A stretch of 64,000 nucleotides of DNA, from the NCBI GenBank assembly GCA_964234715.1, contig OZ174283.1, one strand, 5' to 3'. The stretch is from Podarcis melisellensis. Its lineage: Eukaryota. Shown one piece after another: positions 1-11,450 of the stretch. The notes beneath the pieces were generated by a model. That model saw only the letters and a program-made list of their open reading frames with translations. It was not told the origin of the DNA and did no database searches. The translations under genes and the position numbers were made by a program. The first letter of the stretch is position 1. Each line of letters begins with the position of its first letter.

Positions 1-327
1 CTTCCATCAGATCAGGACTGTGAATGCATATAAACGTCTCTTTAAAATGCACTTGTCTCATTTGAAGAAAAAGCAATCATAGAACAGAGTCCAAAGTCAA
101 GAGCTGATTGTCATGCTGGGTCAGAGCCAAGGTGCCATGCAAAAATAGCAGTAGCTGGCATAAATGGATGAGGCCCAGGTTTCTAACCAGAATCAGCCAA
201 AACAGTGAAATAGGAGCAAAGAGTCCAATATGCATAGCATACATGAAAATGTAACAAGGTGTAATTTTCTTTAGCTTCTGATCATTCATAGGATAGTACC
301 ATTACTGGCCAATTTGAGGATGTAGAG

Positions 328-504
328 CAGGGGTGGGGAACTGTTTTCAGACTAATCGCCACATCTCCTTGTGAGCAATGTTCTGGGGAGGGTGGCTGCA
401 TGACCCTGGCATGTGGGGCCAGAGGTAAAAGTGGGTGGAGCAACACATGTGACTCTCAGCTTGGTACATTTGGTTATACTACAGCAGCCATTCAAAATCC
501 AGAG

Positions 505-540
<36 letters not shown>

Positions 541-701
541 CCAGACTCCATCCTGGGAGACAAGACATTCCATCAAAGCAAAAGCACTCAAGGCTACATA
601 GCAGAGATGGTGAGGGTTGTGATCTGAGGACAGTCCCAGGACCAAACAGAGAGACTTAGAGGGCTGCATTTGGCCCCTGAACCTGAGATTCCCCAGCCCT
701 G
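328..701 (+). mobile_element. Non-autonomous hAT DNA transposon (MITE) with internal (CA)n
   Basis: TIRs CAGGGGTGGGGAA / TTCCCCAGCCCTG; degenerate 8-bp TSD ATGTAGAG (320-327) / ATCCAGAG (702-709); related copy near 43980-44335. Confidence 0.75.
507..538. repeat. (CA)n microsatellite
   Basis: Perfect AC repeat seen directly. Confidence 0.98.
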
Positions 702-2020
702 ATCCAGAGCAAAGGTGTGTCACTGGCAGCATGTGGGGCAAAACTGCTGCCCCCCAAGTAACTATATATGGACTTTTATTGTTCTGGCCAATTTTTATCC
801 AAGTTCAGGAGGAGAAAGGCTTACTCATGGATTCACTTGAAGGGAAAAGACAAAAAGGTGCTCAAGTTTATTTATTCATTTTGTAACAATATTCTATACT
901 GCTGCCAACTTTTATGAAATATCAAGACTGTGCACAGCAATATATACAAATATAATAAAACATAAACTACTTTTCAGTGCAATACCTCAACATATTAATC
1001 ATCAGTGGAATGGTATGAGTGACCCCAAAGCATTATCTGGAGGAATTGTGTGGCCTTGAATATACAGAATTGACCACTCTGCATCTAGAGGGCATTCATA
1101 GTCAATATTTATGCCTTTGAAACATATGCTCATCACTGGTGATGCCCAGCTTCCTGAGGCTACTGGGACTCTGGACTCCAGCTTAAGTAATCTTCCATAA
1201 GAATGCAGGGAGTAATGCCACAGGAGTGAATCTCTGCAATGTCTGAACAACTAGAGACGAGGCTGCCATGTGGAGGAGCTCTGCCAAGTTGACATGGCAG
1301 CTGACCATCTGGTGGCTCCAATATTTTAGCCGCAGCAACAGCAACCATTCTACCAGCACCTCTTGTGCCTGACTGCTCTCTCCTGGCTTTTGTTCACATG
1401 TCTCCAGGTCAGCTCACACATTATGAATGCTCCCAGAAATAACCTCTGCATATTAGCTCCCATGCACATGATGCGCTCCCACCATTTGCTAGAAGTGATG
1501 AGAAAACACTCCCTAGGTAACCATTATGGGTAGGCTGTTTGACTGTTAGGTACAGGCCACTGTACAAAGACTATTTCAAGCGGCCTCCACATGATTATCA
1601 GAACGTGTAGAGGCATTCAAAGATGAAAGGAGACCAGCCCCACCAGGAAAACTCAGCATAGGGTGGCATTTGTTGACATACATCACAGAGGAGCTGACAC
1701 CTTGCCTGCCTCCATAGTGCCCACCACCATTTGGTCCTCCAATGGCAGTAGTTACTCTCCTCTCCTCTCCTTTCCTTCAGTCAATTGCAAGTGGGCTTAC
1801 CTGGAAACTTCCCTGTACTGAATCCAGCTCTTTTGCAGGCCAAGAACAATTCTACTTGTGAGCCTGAGGAAGAAGCTGGCAGATTCTCCACCCTCTCACC
1901 TTTGTGTGTGGGACCACATGAGAGCAAGGGCGAGGCTGTGGTTGCTACAGAGTCATCACCAACATGGGTCCTGAGCGTTGGCAGGTGGTGGGGGTAGGAG
2001 CCTGCCATTATGGAGCTAAT

Positions 2021-2132
2021 AATCATAGAATTGTAGAGTTGAAAGGGACCAGAAGGATCAACTCTCTGCAATGCAGGAATCTTTCACCCAATGAGGGGCT
2101 CAAACCCACAACCCTGAGGTTAAGAGCTACCC
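2021..2132 (-). mobile_element. tRNA-Lys-derived SINE with CR1-like 3' tail (POM/Squam2-like), 5' truncated
   Basis: Minus strand reads CTCTTAACCTCAGGGTTGTGGGTTTGAGCCCC (tRNA-Lys anticodon arm and B box), then ATTCCTGCATTGCA...CAACTCTACAATTCTATGATT (CR1-type tail). Confidence 0.75.
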
Positions 2133-2340
2133 CCAGGGTGGTGCAAGGTGAGGCCACTGAGAGTAGACTGCCCAGGGTCCTCCAAAATCTGCTGCTGGGC
2201 CTGAAACAGCCCAGAAGGATTTCACAACAGGGATTTTCAATCAATACTGGAATGTTGTTATTTTAACAACAAATTGTCATGTGTTTTTTAGGTTACAGTC
2301 CAACATTGCAACTGTTTTTCTTAGCAGCTCTTTTACACTG

Positions 2341-2345
<5 letters not shown>

Positions 2346-2372
<27 letters not shown>
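2346..2372. repeat. (CA)n microsatellite
   Basis: Seen directly. Confidence 0.97.
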
Positions 2373-4249
2373 GAGACACCAGCTTGATTACAGTCTTTGA
2401 CTTTGTTTGCCTTCCCCAAGTCATCTAAACAGAGAAGTTAACCTTCTGTATTTTCTTGCCCACTCATTCTTAAGGCAAGCAAAACCTAAAAGAGATCTCT
2501 AATGTCTTGTTGCACACCCATGCAATTAATCTCTGTGAACTCCACTGGAAAGCTTGTCACAGGTCATAGGCTCTGGCCCTGAGCTGCTTCTGCAGTACAG
2601 AAGGACTGTATAAAGATCATAATGCTTTCTTGGTGTTCCAAGGGGTTTTGTGTGCTACCTCACATAGGAAACTACATGTGTGAAATCTCTGCTGGCTCCA
2701 CAAAGCATGTGCTGTGAGACGGGAGCAAGTTTCCTTATAATCGTGTGTCAATCACCACTGATATATAATGCTATTAAACCTGCAGTACATAGCCCCCGGA
2801 GAAAAAGTTCACTTTAAATTAATTCATAATAAAAGCAATTTATTTGGAATGGATTGCTTTAATACCGATTAACCCAATGGCATTACTTTTGCAGAGAATA
2901 TTTGGTGTTCATTTTGTTCAAAGTTCAGAGCCTTTATGCCACTGTGTTTGTAGTTCCTTATGCAATGTAATGTTTCTAATTACTGCTTTATTATTAGCTG
3001 ATGATACCAAAGGAAATTGCAGAAGCAAAAGGAGTGTAGAAGTTTAAAGGGCAAATATCTTCATAGTTTATATACTATGAAGTACTATGTACTATATACC
3101 TCCGCTCCTGCTGTGTGGTATAAAGGCCAGCAGTTGTCATGAGTGTTATATAAATATAAAACTATATAACAATGCAGCAATGAACTGTGAATTTCAAAGA
3201 ACAAAATCACAAAACATCAAGCCAATGGTCAAAGCAGTCCTGAACACAAAGGACCTGGGAGTAAATCTCTTTGAACTCAAAGAGACTTCCTTCTCAGGAG
3301 ACATGCATAGGATTGTGCTGTAAAGCTCGTGATTTTCTAATAGTTCAAGTACGATTTGAAAGTATATTTTCTCTGGAAATTGTTAATCACCCTTGGGAAA
3401 TTGCTGCATTTTTCAAATGCTATTTGGAGTGATTTGTGTTTTACTATTGATTTTCTGAAAAGTAAATATCTTAATTTGATTATTACTCTGAGTGTAGATA
3501 GTGTGTGTTTAGAGAAAGATGGATAGGTGTTAGGTAGCTTGACAGAAATTGTGGCAGAGCAGATACCTTCATTCTTTTCCTGGAATTTGAGACATTAAAA
3601 AAAAAAACCCACTTCAGGCTCCAATCGGCTAAGGTTTCATTTAAATCTAATTTTCAAACTCTCAGTGTCAGAGGCAATAAGAATAAATATGGGGGTTTTA
3701 CCTTCATCTCGGTAGCTGGAAGCAGCTGATATTCTGAATGTTTGTCCTTGATGATTCTGCTGATAGTTTTGAGGACTAGGAAGTGTACCCTATAGACAAT
3801 AATAATCAGCTGATTAAAATGGTTTTTAATATTCCTGTCACAAGGGAATGCCAGTCATGGAGATGCCATGTCACTTGGAATGCCAGTCTCATCTCAAAAT
3901 ATTAAACCATCTGGGGCCAATTGGTTTGATCACAAATGTTGAAAGAGTAGGAAAAGGATTTTTTTAAGAAAAGGAAAATTAAGATTGACATTTCTGAATA
4001 AGCAATGAGATCTTACTGATCTAGAGAAGGAAATATTCCCTGAGAATAATAACTCCTTCTGACTTGTAATTATTATTTGCCATATGTATAGTTCATTCTT
4101 CACCCAAAGGCCCGAGGGGAGAGACACATAAGGTGAAAATAGAAAAGTAAACAATAATATTAAAACATACATAACAAACTTGAATTCCACACACATCAAA
4201 ACAGCAGGAGCACTAAAAATACATTCCAATGGACCTCATTCTTTGCCCA

Positions 4250-4680
4250 ACGCCTGGATGAAGAGGGGTATGTTCAACTGATGCCGAAACAGCAGTGCTA
4301 TGGTGAAATGCACCACAGAGGAGAGATCGTTCCAAATGTATGCAGCCACTGCCAATAAAGCCTCTCCATGGATTCCCATCCCACTGAATGAGGGAGACTG
4401 CTAGCAGGACATTCCCTACGGATCTTAACAAATGGGTATGACAATATGGGAAGATACTTCATTCAGATATTTGGGACCAAGATCATTTAAGGCTCTAAAT
4501 GGAAGTACTGGCTCATTAAATATGCCCCATAAGGCAACAGGCAATGAGTGTAGTTGTTCCACAATTGATGTTATATTTGATGGTCTCCAGGCACTCACCC
4601 AGCACCCTGACTGCTGCATTTGCACTTGTTGTAACTTCTGGACCATTTTGAAGGAAAGTTCCACGTATTGCACTGCACGA
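4250..4680 (-). mobile_element. L2-clade LINE ORF2 C-terminal remnant
   Basis: ORF 4425-4673(-) gives KLQQVQ...ITSIVEQLHSLPV...FRALNDLGPKYL, matching the L2 motif KLQLVQNAAAR..HITPVL..LHWLPV..KALNGLGP.YL. Confidence 0.8.
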
Positions 4681-5315
4681 GGCCTTCAAAGTTATCAATC
4701 ATTTGAGCCAATTAAACTGAGCTTTTTGATTCTCATTATCTTAAATTTCACATACTCATAACTTAAATATTACAAATTCATAAGAAACAATGCAAGCCAG
4801 AATTCATTAACACAATAAATAAGGCAATCCTGTCATTAATTCACAAATTCCTAAGATGGTTTCCTCAGCTTTTGACCAGTTTTTGAGACTGAAAGTGAAT
4901 AAGGATTCAATCAGGGTATGTATAAGATTCCAACTAAGGTGACACCTTCTCAGCATGCCCCAGTTCCATCCATTCCCCCTCCCTTTCTCCAGTGGTGTCA
5001 CACTGGCACAGTAGCTACACACTGGCAGGCAGAAGTGGTGGACAAGGCTGGTGGCGCCTCCTCCATGTTGTCGGCTATTGTAAATGGTGTGTGCATGTTA
5101 GCTCTTGTAAACAGTGCAGTTGCGTTCCACCACTCAAGGACATTTAATTATTATTCTATATTTTCCCAGAGGGCATACCTGGTCAATTGGATCACAATAT
5201 AAGCTAGCCAATTTCTATGGGCAACACATTAAGAGTCAAGTTCAGATGCGTATCCAAAGGGACAACATTCATATTGTAAGGAATGCTTTGTGTTTATTTA
5301 TATGTATATGTTTAA

Positions 5316-5459
5316 NNNNNNNNNNNNNNNNNNNNNNNNNNNNNNNNNNNNNNNNNNNNNNNNNNNNNNNNNNNNNNNNNNNNNNNNNNNNNNNNNNNNN
5401 NNNNNNNNNNNNNNNNNNNNNNNNNNNNNNNNNNNNNNNNNNNNNNNNNNNNNNNNNNN
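5316..5459. other. Assembly gap (N run)
   Basis: Run of N. Confidence 1.
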
Positions 5460-6751
5460 GGTAGTGCACAGGTGCTTAACAGATTAAGGGGAAAAACAGA
5501 CATCCACATTTGGATAATTAATGTATTGCTTGATAATATTTATAGAAAGATCAAGTGCATTGGGGTCTAACATGATTCTATTAATTCTGCTTAGCACATA
5601 ATGCGTTTATGAAGATATCTGGGAAGGATGTTTCACAAAGAAGTAATTAAGCGAGTCAGCTGGGTAGCTCACGTATAGCAAAGTGCAAATATAGTACAGT
5701 GGAAACTAATATTCTGTTGAATAATATTCTGTTGGGTATATGCTAAGCTGACAGAAAATAAAGCAAAGATTGCAAGTGAATGCACAGTTACCTCAGAGTA
5801 AGTCCATTGAACAGAGTGAGGCTTATTTCCCAACTACACGTTGGATTTATAAGTTCCATGTAGATTCTGACCAGGTGCCAAGAACCTATAATATTAAGAC
5901 TTACGCATTCCTCCACAAATAGATATGTACAAAAATGACATAGTGACTTATTTAAAAATGAACAGATTAATGATTAATGAAAACTATACAGTACTTGAGA
6001 TATATTGTTTTGAGGTGTAACAAAAAAAAAAGAGAAGTGATTGGTTTCTGAATTTGCTGCCCTAACTTTTTTTAAAAAAACAACACACACACAAAACAAA
6101 TTTAAACTCCGAAGAGTACTTGGAGCCCTCTGCTTTGCATGATAGAGGAAAGCCAGCATGCTAAGAAAGAGCCTCATTATTCAAAGGAATCTTGGAATTA
6201 AGAGCTGTCTGACGTGCAGCTGTGATGTGTGGGCTCCTGCAGCTACACTTTCCACCCTGAAGCTGCTTTGGATTCAAGGGGAGAAGTGCTGCCCGGTACC
6301 TAAGTACACTTCTGAGCACCCTGTCTAGAGATGAAAAAGCACTTTCAGATTTACTTAATGGTGGGCATTAAGTTTGGTTTGGAATGGGGCTTGATAGACA
6401 AAGATTTTTCTTTTCAAGAAATCAGCCCGCAATTTAGTTAACTCTAAGAGCAACACAGGCCATGTCACGCTCCTGGTGACATTTACTGTATTGGGAGCGC
6501 AGCAAGATCAGAATCCCTCCCCCAAAAACCACACCATGAGCTCCCTGACCCTTACTAACTACAGAAACACTGCCAGTAGTTTCTGTTGCTTCTTCTATTG
6601 ATGCATCTGCTTCTGTAGTGACATCAGGAAAGGAGGGAGGTCTCTCACCCTTTCTTCCCCACTCTCAAGATAGGAAACTACATTTCCCAGGGTCTCTGGC
6701 ACCTTGGACTCTGTTATAGCAGTGTTCCAAACACCAGAGAGTGACAGTGAG

Positions 6752-6754
<3 letters not shown>

Positions 6755-6804
<50 letters not shown>
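6755..6804. repeat. (GA)n microsatellite
   Basis: Seen directly. Confidence 0.98.
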
Positions 6805-6807
<3 letters not shown>

Positions 6808-6856
6808 ACCCACCCCTTCCTCCCTGCCACTATTGGTGTCACCACATTGCATGACA

Positions 6857-6933
6857 ATCATAGAATCATCATAGAGTTGGAAGGGTCATCTAGACCAACT
6901 CCTTGCAATGCAGGAATCTCAGCTAAAGCATCC
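6857..6933 (-). mobile_element. CR1-like 3' tail fragment
   Basis: ATCATAGAATCATCATAGAGTTGGAAGGG...TGCAATGCAGGAATCTC, the same tail as at 2021 and 56870-57156. Confidence 0.75.
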
Positions 6934-7127
6934 AGAGTAGCGCATGGAAACGCCGTTTACCTTCCCGCCAGAGTGGTACCTATTTATCTACTTGCACTTT
7001 GACATACTTTCGAACTGCTAAGTTGGCAGGAGCAGGGACTGAGCAACGGTAGCTCACCCCATGGCGGGGATTCGAACCGCCGACCTAGGCAAGTCCTAGG
7101 CTTAACCCACAGCGCCACCCGCATCCC
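6932..7127 (-). mobile_element. Sauria SINE, 5' half only
   Basis: Reverse complement of the first ~190 nt of the full copies at 12810, 45712 and 46923. Confidence 0.9.
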
Positions 7128-8974
7128 TTCTAAATATAAGGCCCTAATTTATGTTCTTGTAGTCTCCTGATATCTTTACCCTTGCTTGGTTAGGCCAAAC
7201 TATGGTCAGTTTTTCAAGGAACGACACCATACACTTCCTATTACTAGCATGAGATGTCATTTAATAAGACATAAATGGACAGTGCCCAAATTAGCGTGGT
7301 AAGAGATGTTAGATGTGTTAATAAAAAGCTTGATTAAACACAAGAAATGAGAAATGTTGCCCTCAAATTATGCCATCATACAAATGGCAAATATCTGCAT
7401 ATACCCCTAAATAGAAATTTCATGCATAATCTGCCATGCATAGCGATGAAAATTTTCCCCTATGTTTTATACATTAGAATAATTTTTTTGATTAGACTCT
7501 GCAGAGCAAAGGCTTTGCATATTATTACACTCCATGCTGTGATGAGCAGATTTTAATGTAACATCTCCATTTTTATGTTGCTAGGCAGTTGCAGTGAAAG
7601 GTAAATTCTTGTTCCCTTCCTTTCCTGAAAAAAGACAAGTGAAATGTGGTGCTATTACATGTTTTCCCTGGAGACCAGAGCAATCAAACAACTCTATGTG
7701 TGTGTGTGTAGATAAAGATTACTGTTAATAGGCTGTAGAAATTTAAATCCAATCATTTATTAAAGGGATAATGTTTAACTCAACTTGTCCTGGAGTGACA
7801 GCGCTTGTTTGTGACATCTTTAAAAAGATGTTGTGTTAGGGGAATCAACACTACACTAAGGCTGCTATTAAACTAAAACCCCTTGACGATATCTATAGTG
7901 CCACATTCATTGCTGGCATGTGCATTTAAAAAAAGCAAAGAAGAACATTCAGGTACTGAGAACAATCATTCCTCCACACTAGAAAATGATACTGACAAGA
8001 AATAACCTCCTGAATTATAGAGCTCATCATGAGCGCTGGCACTGCGGAAGGAATTGCTGGTGAGTCAGCTCCCAGAATTTTTACCTTACTTGAGATACTT
8101 TCTTTTTTTTTTGTCACAAGCTAATCAGCTGGCTGGAAAAGGGATTTGAAGGGGGTGGGAAGGATATCTTAGTTGATATAGTTCGGAAAGCATTAGTTAA
8201 GCCTCATGAGTCTGACAGACAACAAATTATTGCCTCAACAGCTCAAATTGGGGCAGCACTTTTCCATGTCACTCCCCTCAGCACGTTTTCATTTGTCACC
8301 TACAATCAAGAGACAAACTCTCAGGCAGGGCTCTGTGGCCTACATCTCTAAACGGCAAGCTTCTTCTATCACTTGTGTGTTTTCAACTTTGTTGTTGTTG
8401 TTTTAACTCTCATTTTGTGGACAAAGGCCTGTGATCCTTTTTAGAACATTTCCATTCAGGCAGTGGAGCTGTCAAAGCAAGACTTCAAGGCAAAAATCCA
8501 TCCTGCTCCCACCATCACCCAGAGGAATAAGCAGGAGGGCTCACAAATGCAGCAGGGCTGGCTCATTATCAATTTTTGAAGTGCATGAACTAATACACAG
8601 GAGATGGGGAGGACCTTTCCTTGCTGAGGGTGCCGTGAATTGAACCAGGGACCTTCTACCTGCAAAGCAAAGCTCCACCACTAGGCTCTGTAATGGCGGA
8701 TACAATGGGAATATAGCACACATCTTCCCTGCACAATCTGTAACAGTCACAATAAATTTTCTAGCTCCTGGACTAGACAAATTATTCTGCGCATGTAAAA
8801 ATGTTTCCAACATCATGTATAATACACCTGAGAAGAGACTTCTTGTGTTTCACTTATCTCAGTGCTCTGCTACGTGGACAGCTACAAATCAGACGCCAGA
8901 AATCAGACATAGTAGAGACTATCAGTAGAACAGCAAATCTCCAGGCTGACACTGAAGGTTCTTCTAAGTACGTA

Positions 8975-9221
8975 CAGTGGTACCTTGGTTCTCAAACTTA
9001 ATCTGTTCCAGGAGTCCGTTCGACTCCTGAAACCATTCGAAAACCAAGGCACGGCATCCAATTGGCTGCAGGAGCTTCCTGTACTCAAGCAGAAGCTGTG
9101 GAAGCAGCGATGGACTTTCGGCTTCCAAAAAACGTTCGCAAACTGGAACACTTCCGGGTTTGTGGCATTCGGGAGCCGATTCGTTCGACAACTAAGCCGT
9201 TCAGGAACCAAGGTACCACTG
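8975..9221. mobile_element. Tc1/mariner (Tigger/pogo-like) MITE
   Basis: Perfect 17-bp TIRs CAGTGGTACCTTGGTTC / GAACCAAGGTACCACTG flanked by TA on both sides; CpG retained (young). Confidence 0.92.
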
Positions 9222-9462
9222 TAAAGGGAAGTCAATGATTGGCATGGATGAGCAGAGCCTAGAACCCAGGAAATGTTCTATCCTGTAGCCTTGGATGAGA
9301 GATGATCGCATAGGGCAGCAACAGTTCTAGCACTCTGGATACTCCCAACACTTTTCCTCCCCCCTCTTCTTCACAGAGACAAATCTGACAAACATTCATT
9401 AGATATGAGAGCACAGAAAGCATCAGGTGTTTTGGGACAACTGTAACATAAGCAATATGAAT

Positions 9463-10268
9463 AGTTGTTATCTGTCTGGCTCAAGAGTCAATGGAGTGCA
9501 GCTCCGGGAATGAAGTCAAACTGCTGGAGAATCACAGCATCTGCTGTGACTGCAAGAGACCAGGAACTCGTAACTGCTGCTTCCTACATTGTTTTTGCTG
9601 CATTAGCAGCACCAAAGTGACCTCCTAGAGGCGCAAGCCTGGGCAGTGTGTATGGCGGTTGTGGCCTGCCCAGACGACAAGACCTCCTTTTTCGAAGGAA
9701 AGCAGAGCAATACATTTGGCACCAGCTTGACTGCAGGATTTGCTGGAAAGATGTGTATAAGGAGCCATGCAACCGCCTTAGGGTTAACTCCTCAGCCTTT
9801 TTTTCTCATGAAGATGTCCCTCAAGGCAGTGGGCATGGATTTTTCCTTCTAGCTTTGCTCCCAAAGCCTTTCTCATGAATGAATTTAGCCACAAGGTACC
9901 AGAGGTTTAGGATCAGAGCTTTCCTTCTCCTAGGTGGGCTGCCTTCCCAGGCTGACAAGCCCCATCTGCCCTTCACTTCCCATGACTGCATGTGCAGAAA
10001 CTGCATACAGGGGAAGTCTCTAACTCACTGAGGGTTTGAGACCCATTGGCTACCCTCAGCTGGTTTGCCAGCCAGCCGAAACTGTTTCCCAGGGAGTGGC
10101 TGCTGTCGCATGCTGACAGCTTCTATGAGCCACAGATGAGAGCTGAATGCAGGATGGGGACCAAAGGCGGACAAACTATCTCAGAAGGAGCATGACATGT
10201 CCTCAACCAAAAGTACTACCCCTCCCCTACCACCCCACAAACGCCAGTTTCCACACTGTGCAAACTGA
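9463..10268 (-). mobile_element. Non-autonomous RTE-clade element (RTE1/AviRTE-like 5'UTR fused to short 3' tail)
   Basis: Minus strand has the RTE 5'UTR motif GGCAGCCCACCTAGGAGAAGGAAAGCTCTGATCCTAAACC and ends CTCCATTGACTCTTGAGCCAGACAGATAACAAC; no ORF; flanked by CAATATGAAT at 9453-9462 and 10269-10278. Confidence 0.7.
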
Positions 10269-10279
10269 CAATATGAATT

Positions 10280-10565
10280 GTTGTTTAGTCATCCTAGTCG
10301 TGTTTGACTCTCTGTGACCCCATGAACCAGAGCATGCCTTGGAAACTTTCACCTTCTTCTCAAAGATTCTCCTTTTTTATGTCCATGGAGTTTTCTTGGC
10401 AAAATACTGGAGTGGTTTGCCAGTTCCTTCTCCAGGTGGATCACATTTAGTCTAAACTCTCGGCTATGACCTGTCCTTCTTGGGTGGCCCTGCACAGAAT
10501 AACTCATAGCTTCCTGGAGTTATTCAAGCCCCTTCACCACAACAAGGCAGTGATCTATGAAGAGG
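10280..10565 (-). mobile_element. Bipartite BovB derivative (BovB 5' end joined to BovB 3' end; Bov-A-like architecture)
   Basis: Minus strand: CTTCATAGATCACTGCCTTG...GGGCCACCCAAGA...GGAGAAGGAACTGGCAAACCACTCCAGTA (BovB 5'UTR), then CATGGGGTCACAGAGAGTCAAACACGACTA...AAACAAC (matches the BovB tail at 14910-14956); 13-bp TSD GACAATATGAATT (10267-10279, 10566-10578). Confidence 0.88.
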
Positions 10566-11219
10566 GACAATATGAATTAGAAGTTCTTAAAATATAAGCC
10601 AAATATAAACTCATATAGGTTCAATAACAATGTTGGTGTACAAAACTCGTAACAATATTTTTTTGAAGGCCATAAACTTCTGGGTTTCAGTTCCTTAGGC
10701 CCCCTTTATGCTGGCATGGAACAAACTGATTTAATATAGGTACATTTTGTTATTCACATTCACAGTATTTGCTTGCTACCCTAAGTGATTGCACTGATTG
10801 TATAAGCCAAAGCTTCGTTCACTTATTCAGAACATTGCTTTTTGATAACTGCACAAATGACACTGCCCAGTAATTGGATCTTTAGCTCATAGCTGCTTGT
10901 TATCCTGCACTCTTGTTTTACAGCATTACTTGTGTGGGTGTATAGCCAGAAATATTATTTTAATTCTTGGATAGAGATTGCCTTTGATGATTTTAATAGC
11001 AGCAGGACTGGTATCTTTATTAAAAACACCGCAGTACAGTAGAAACAGTTCTTTAGTACAATGATAATGATCCAGCTAAAATAGTCTATGCAGAACCCTA
11101 GCGAAGATACATTTTCCCTTGCAAAGCTGCATTATAACTTCATCAGTAGTACTACTATTTAATTGTAGCAAGTCACTGTACAAATGCACTGTGCAACTGC
11201 ATTAGCTCCCAGTAAAATT

Positions 11220-11450
11220 CCAAGCTTGATTCAAAGTGCTGGTCTTAAACTTAAAGCCCTGCACAGGTTAGGACTCAAATATTTATTTGACCATCTCCTC
11301 GTGCATCAATCTGCCCAACTGCTGAGGTCATCTGAGACCTTTCTCCAGGTGCCCTTACAATCTGAAGTGTAACAGATGGCAACAAGACAGAGAGCCATTT
11401 CTGTGATGGTTCCTTGCCTTTGCAATACCCTCTCCAGGCAGGCCTGTCTA
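11220..11450 (+). mobile_element. L2-clade LINE 3' remnant
   Basis: Frame gives KALHRLGLKYLFDHL...LLRSS...LQVP, typical of the L2 ORF2 C-terminus. Confidence 0.7.

Noticed and set aside
4278-4292. Hammerhead-like CTGATG..GAAAC (also CTGATGA at ~2998, ~33681 and ~57657)
   Set aside because: No proper stem II or flanking stems; the 4278 site lies within an L2 remnant.
5114-5509. ORFs spanning N runs (also 27548-28042)
   Set aside because: Artefacts of translating assembly gaps.
6463-6856. Possible solo LTR (TGTCACGC...GCATGACA)
   Set aside because: No matching TSD and no clear TATA or poly(A) signal.
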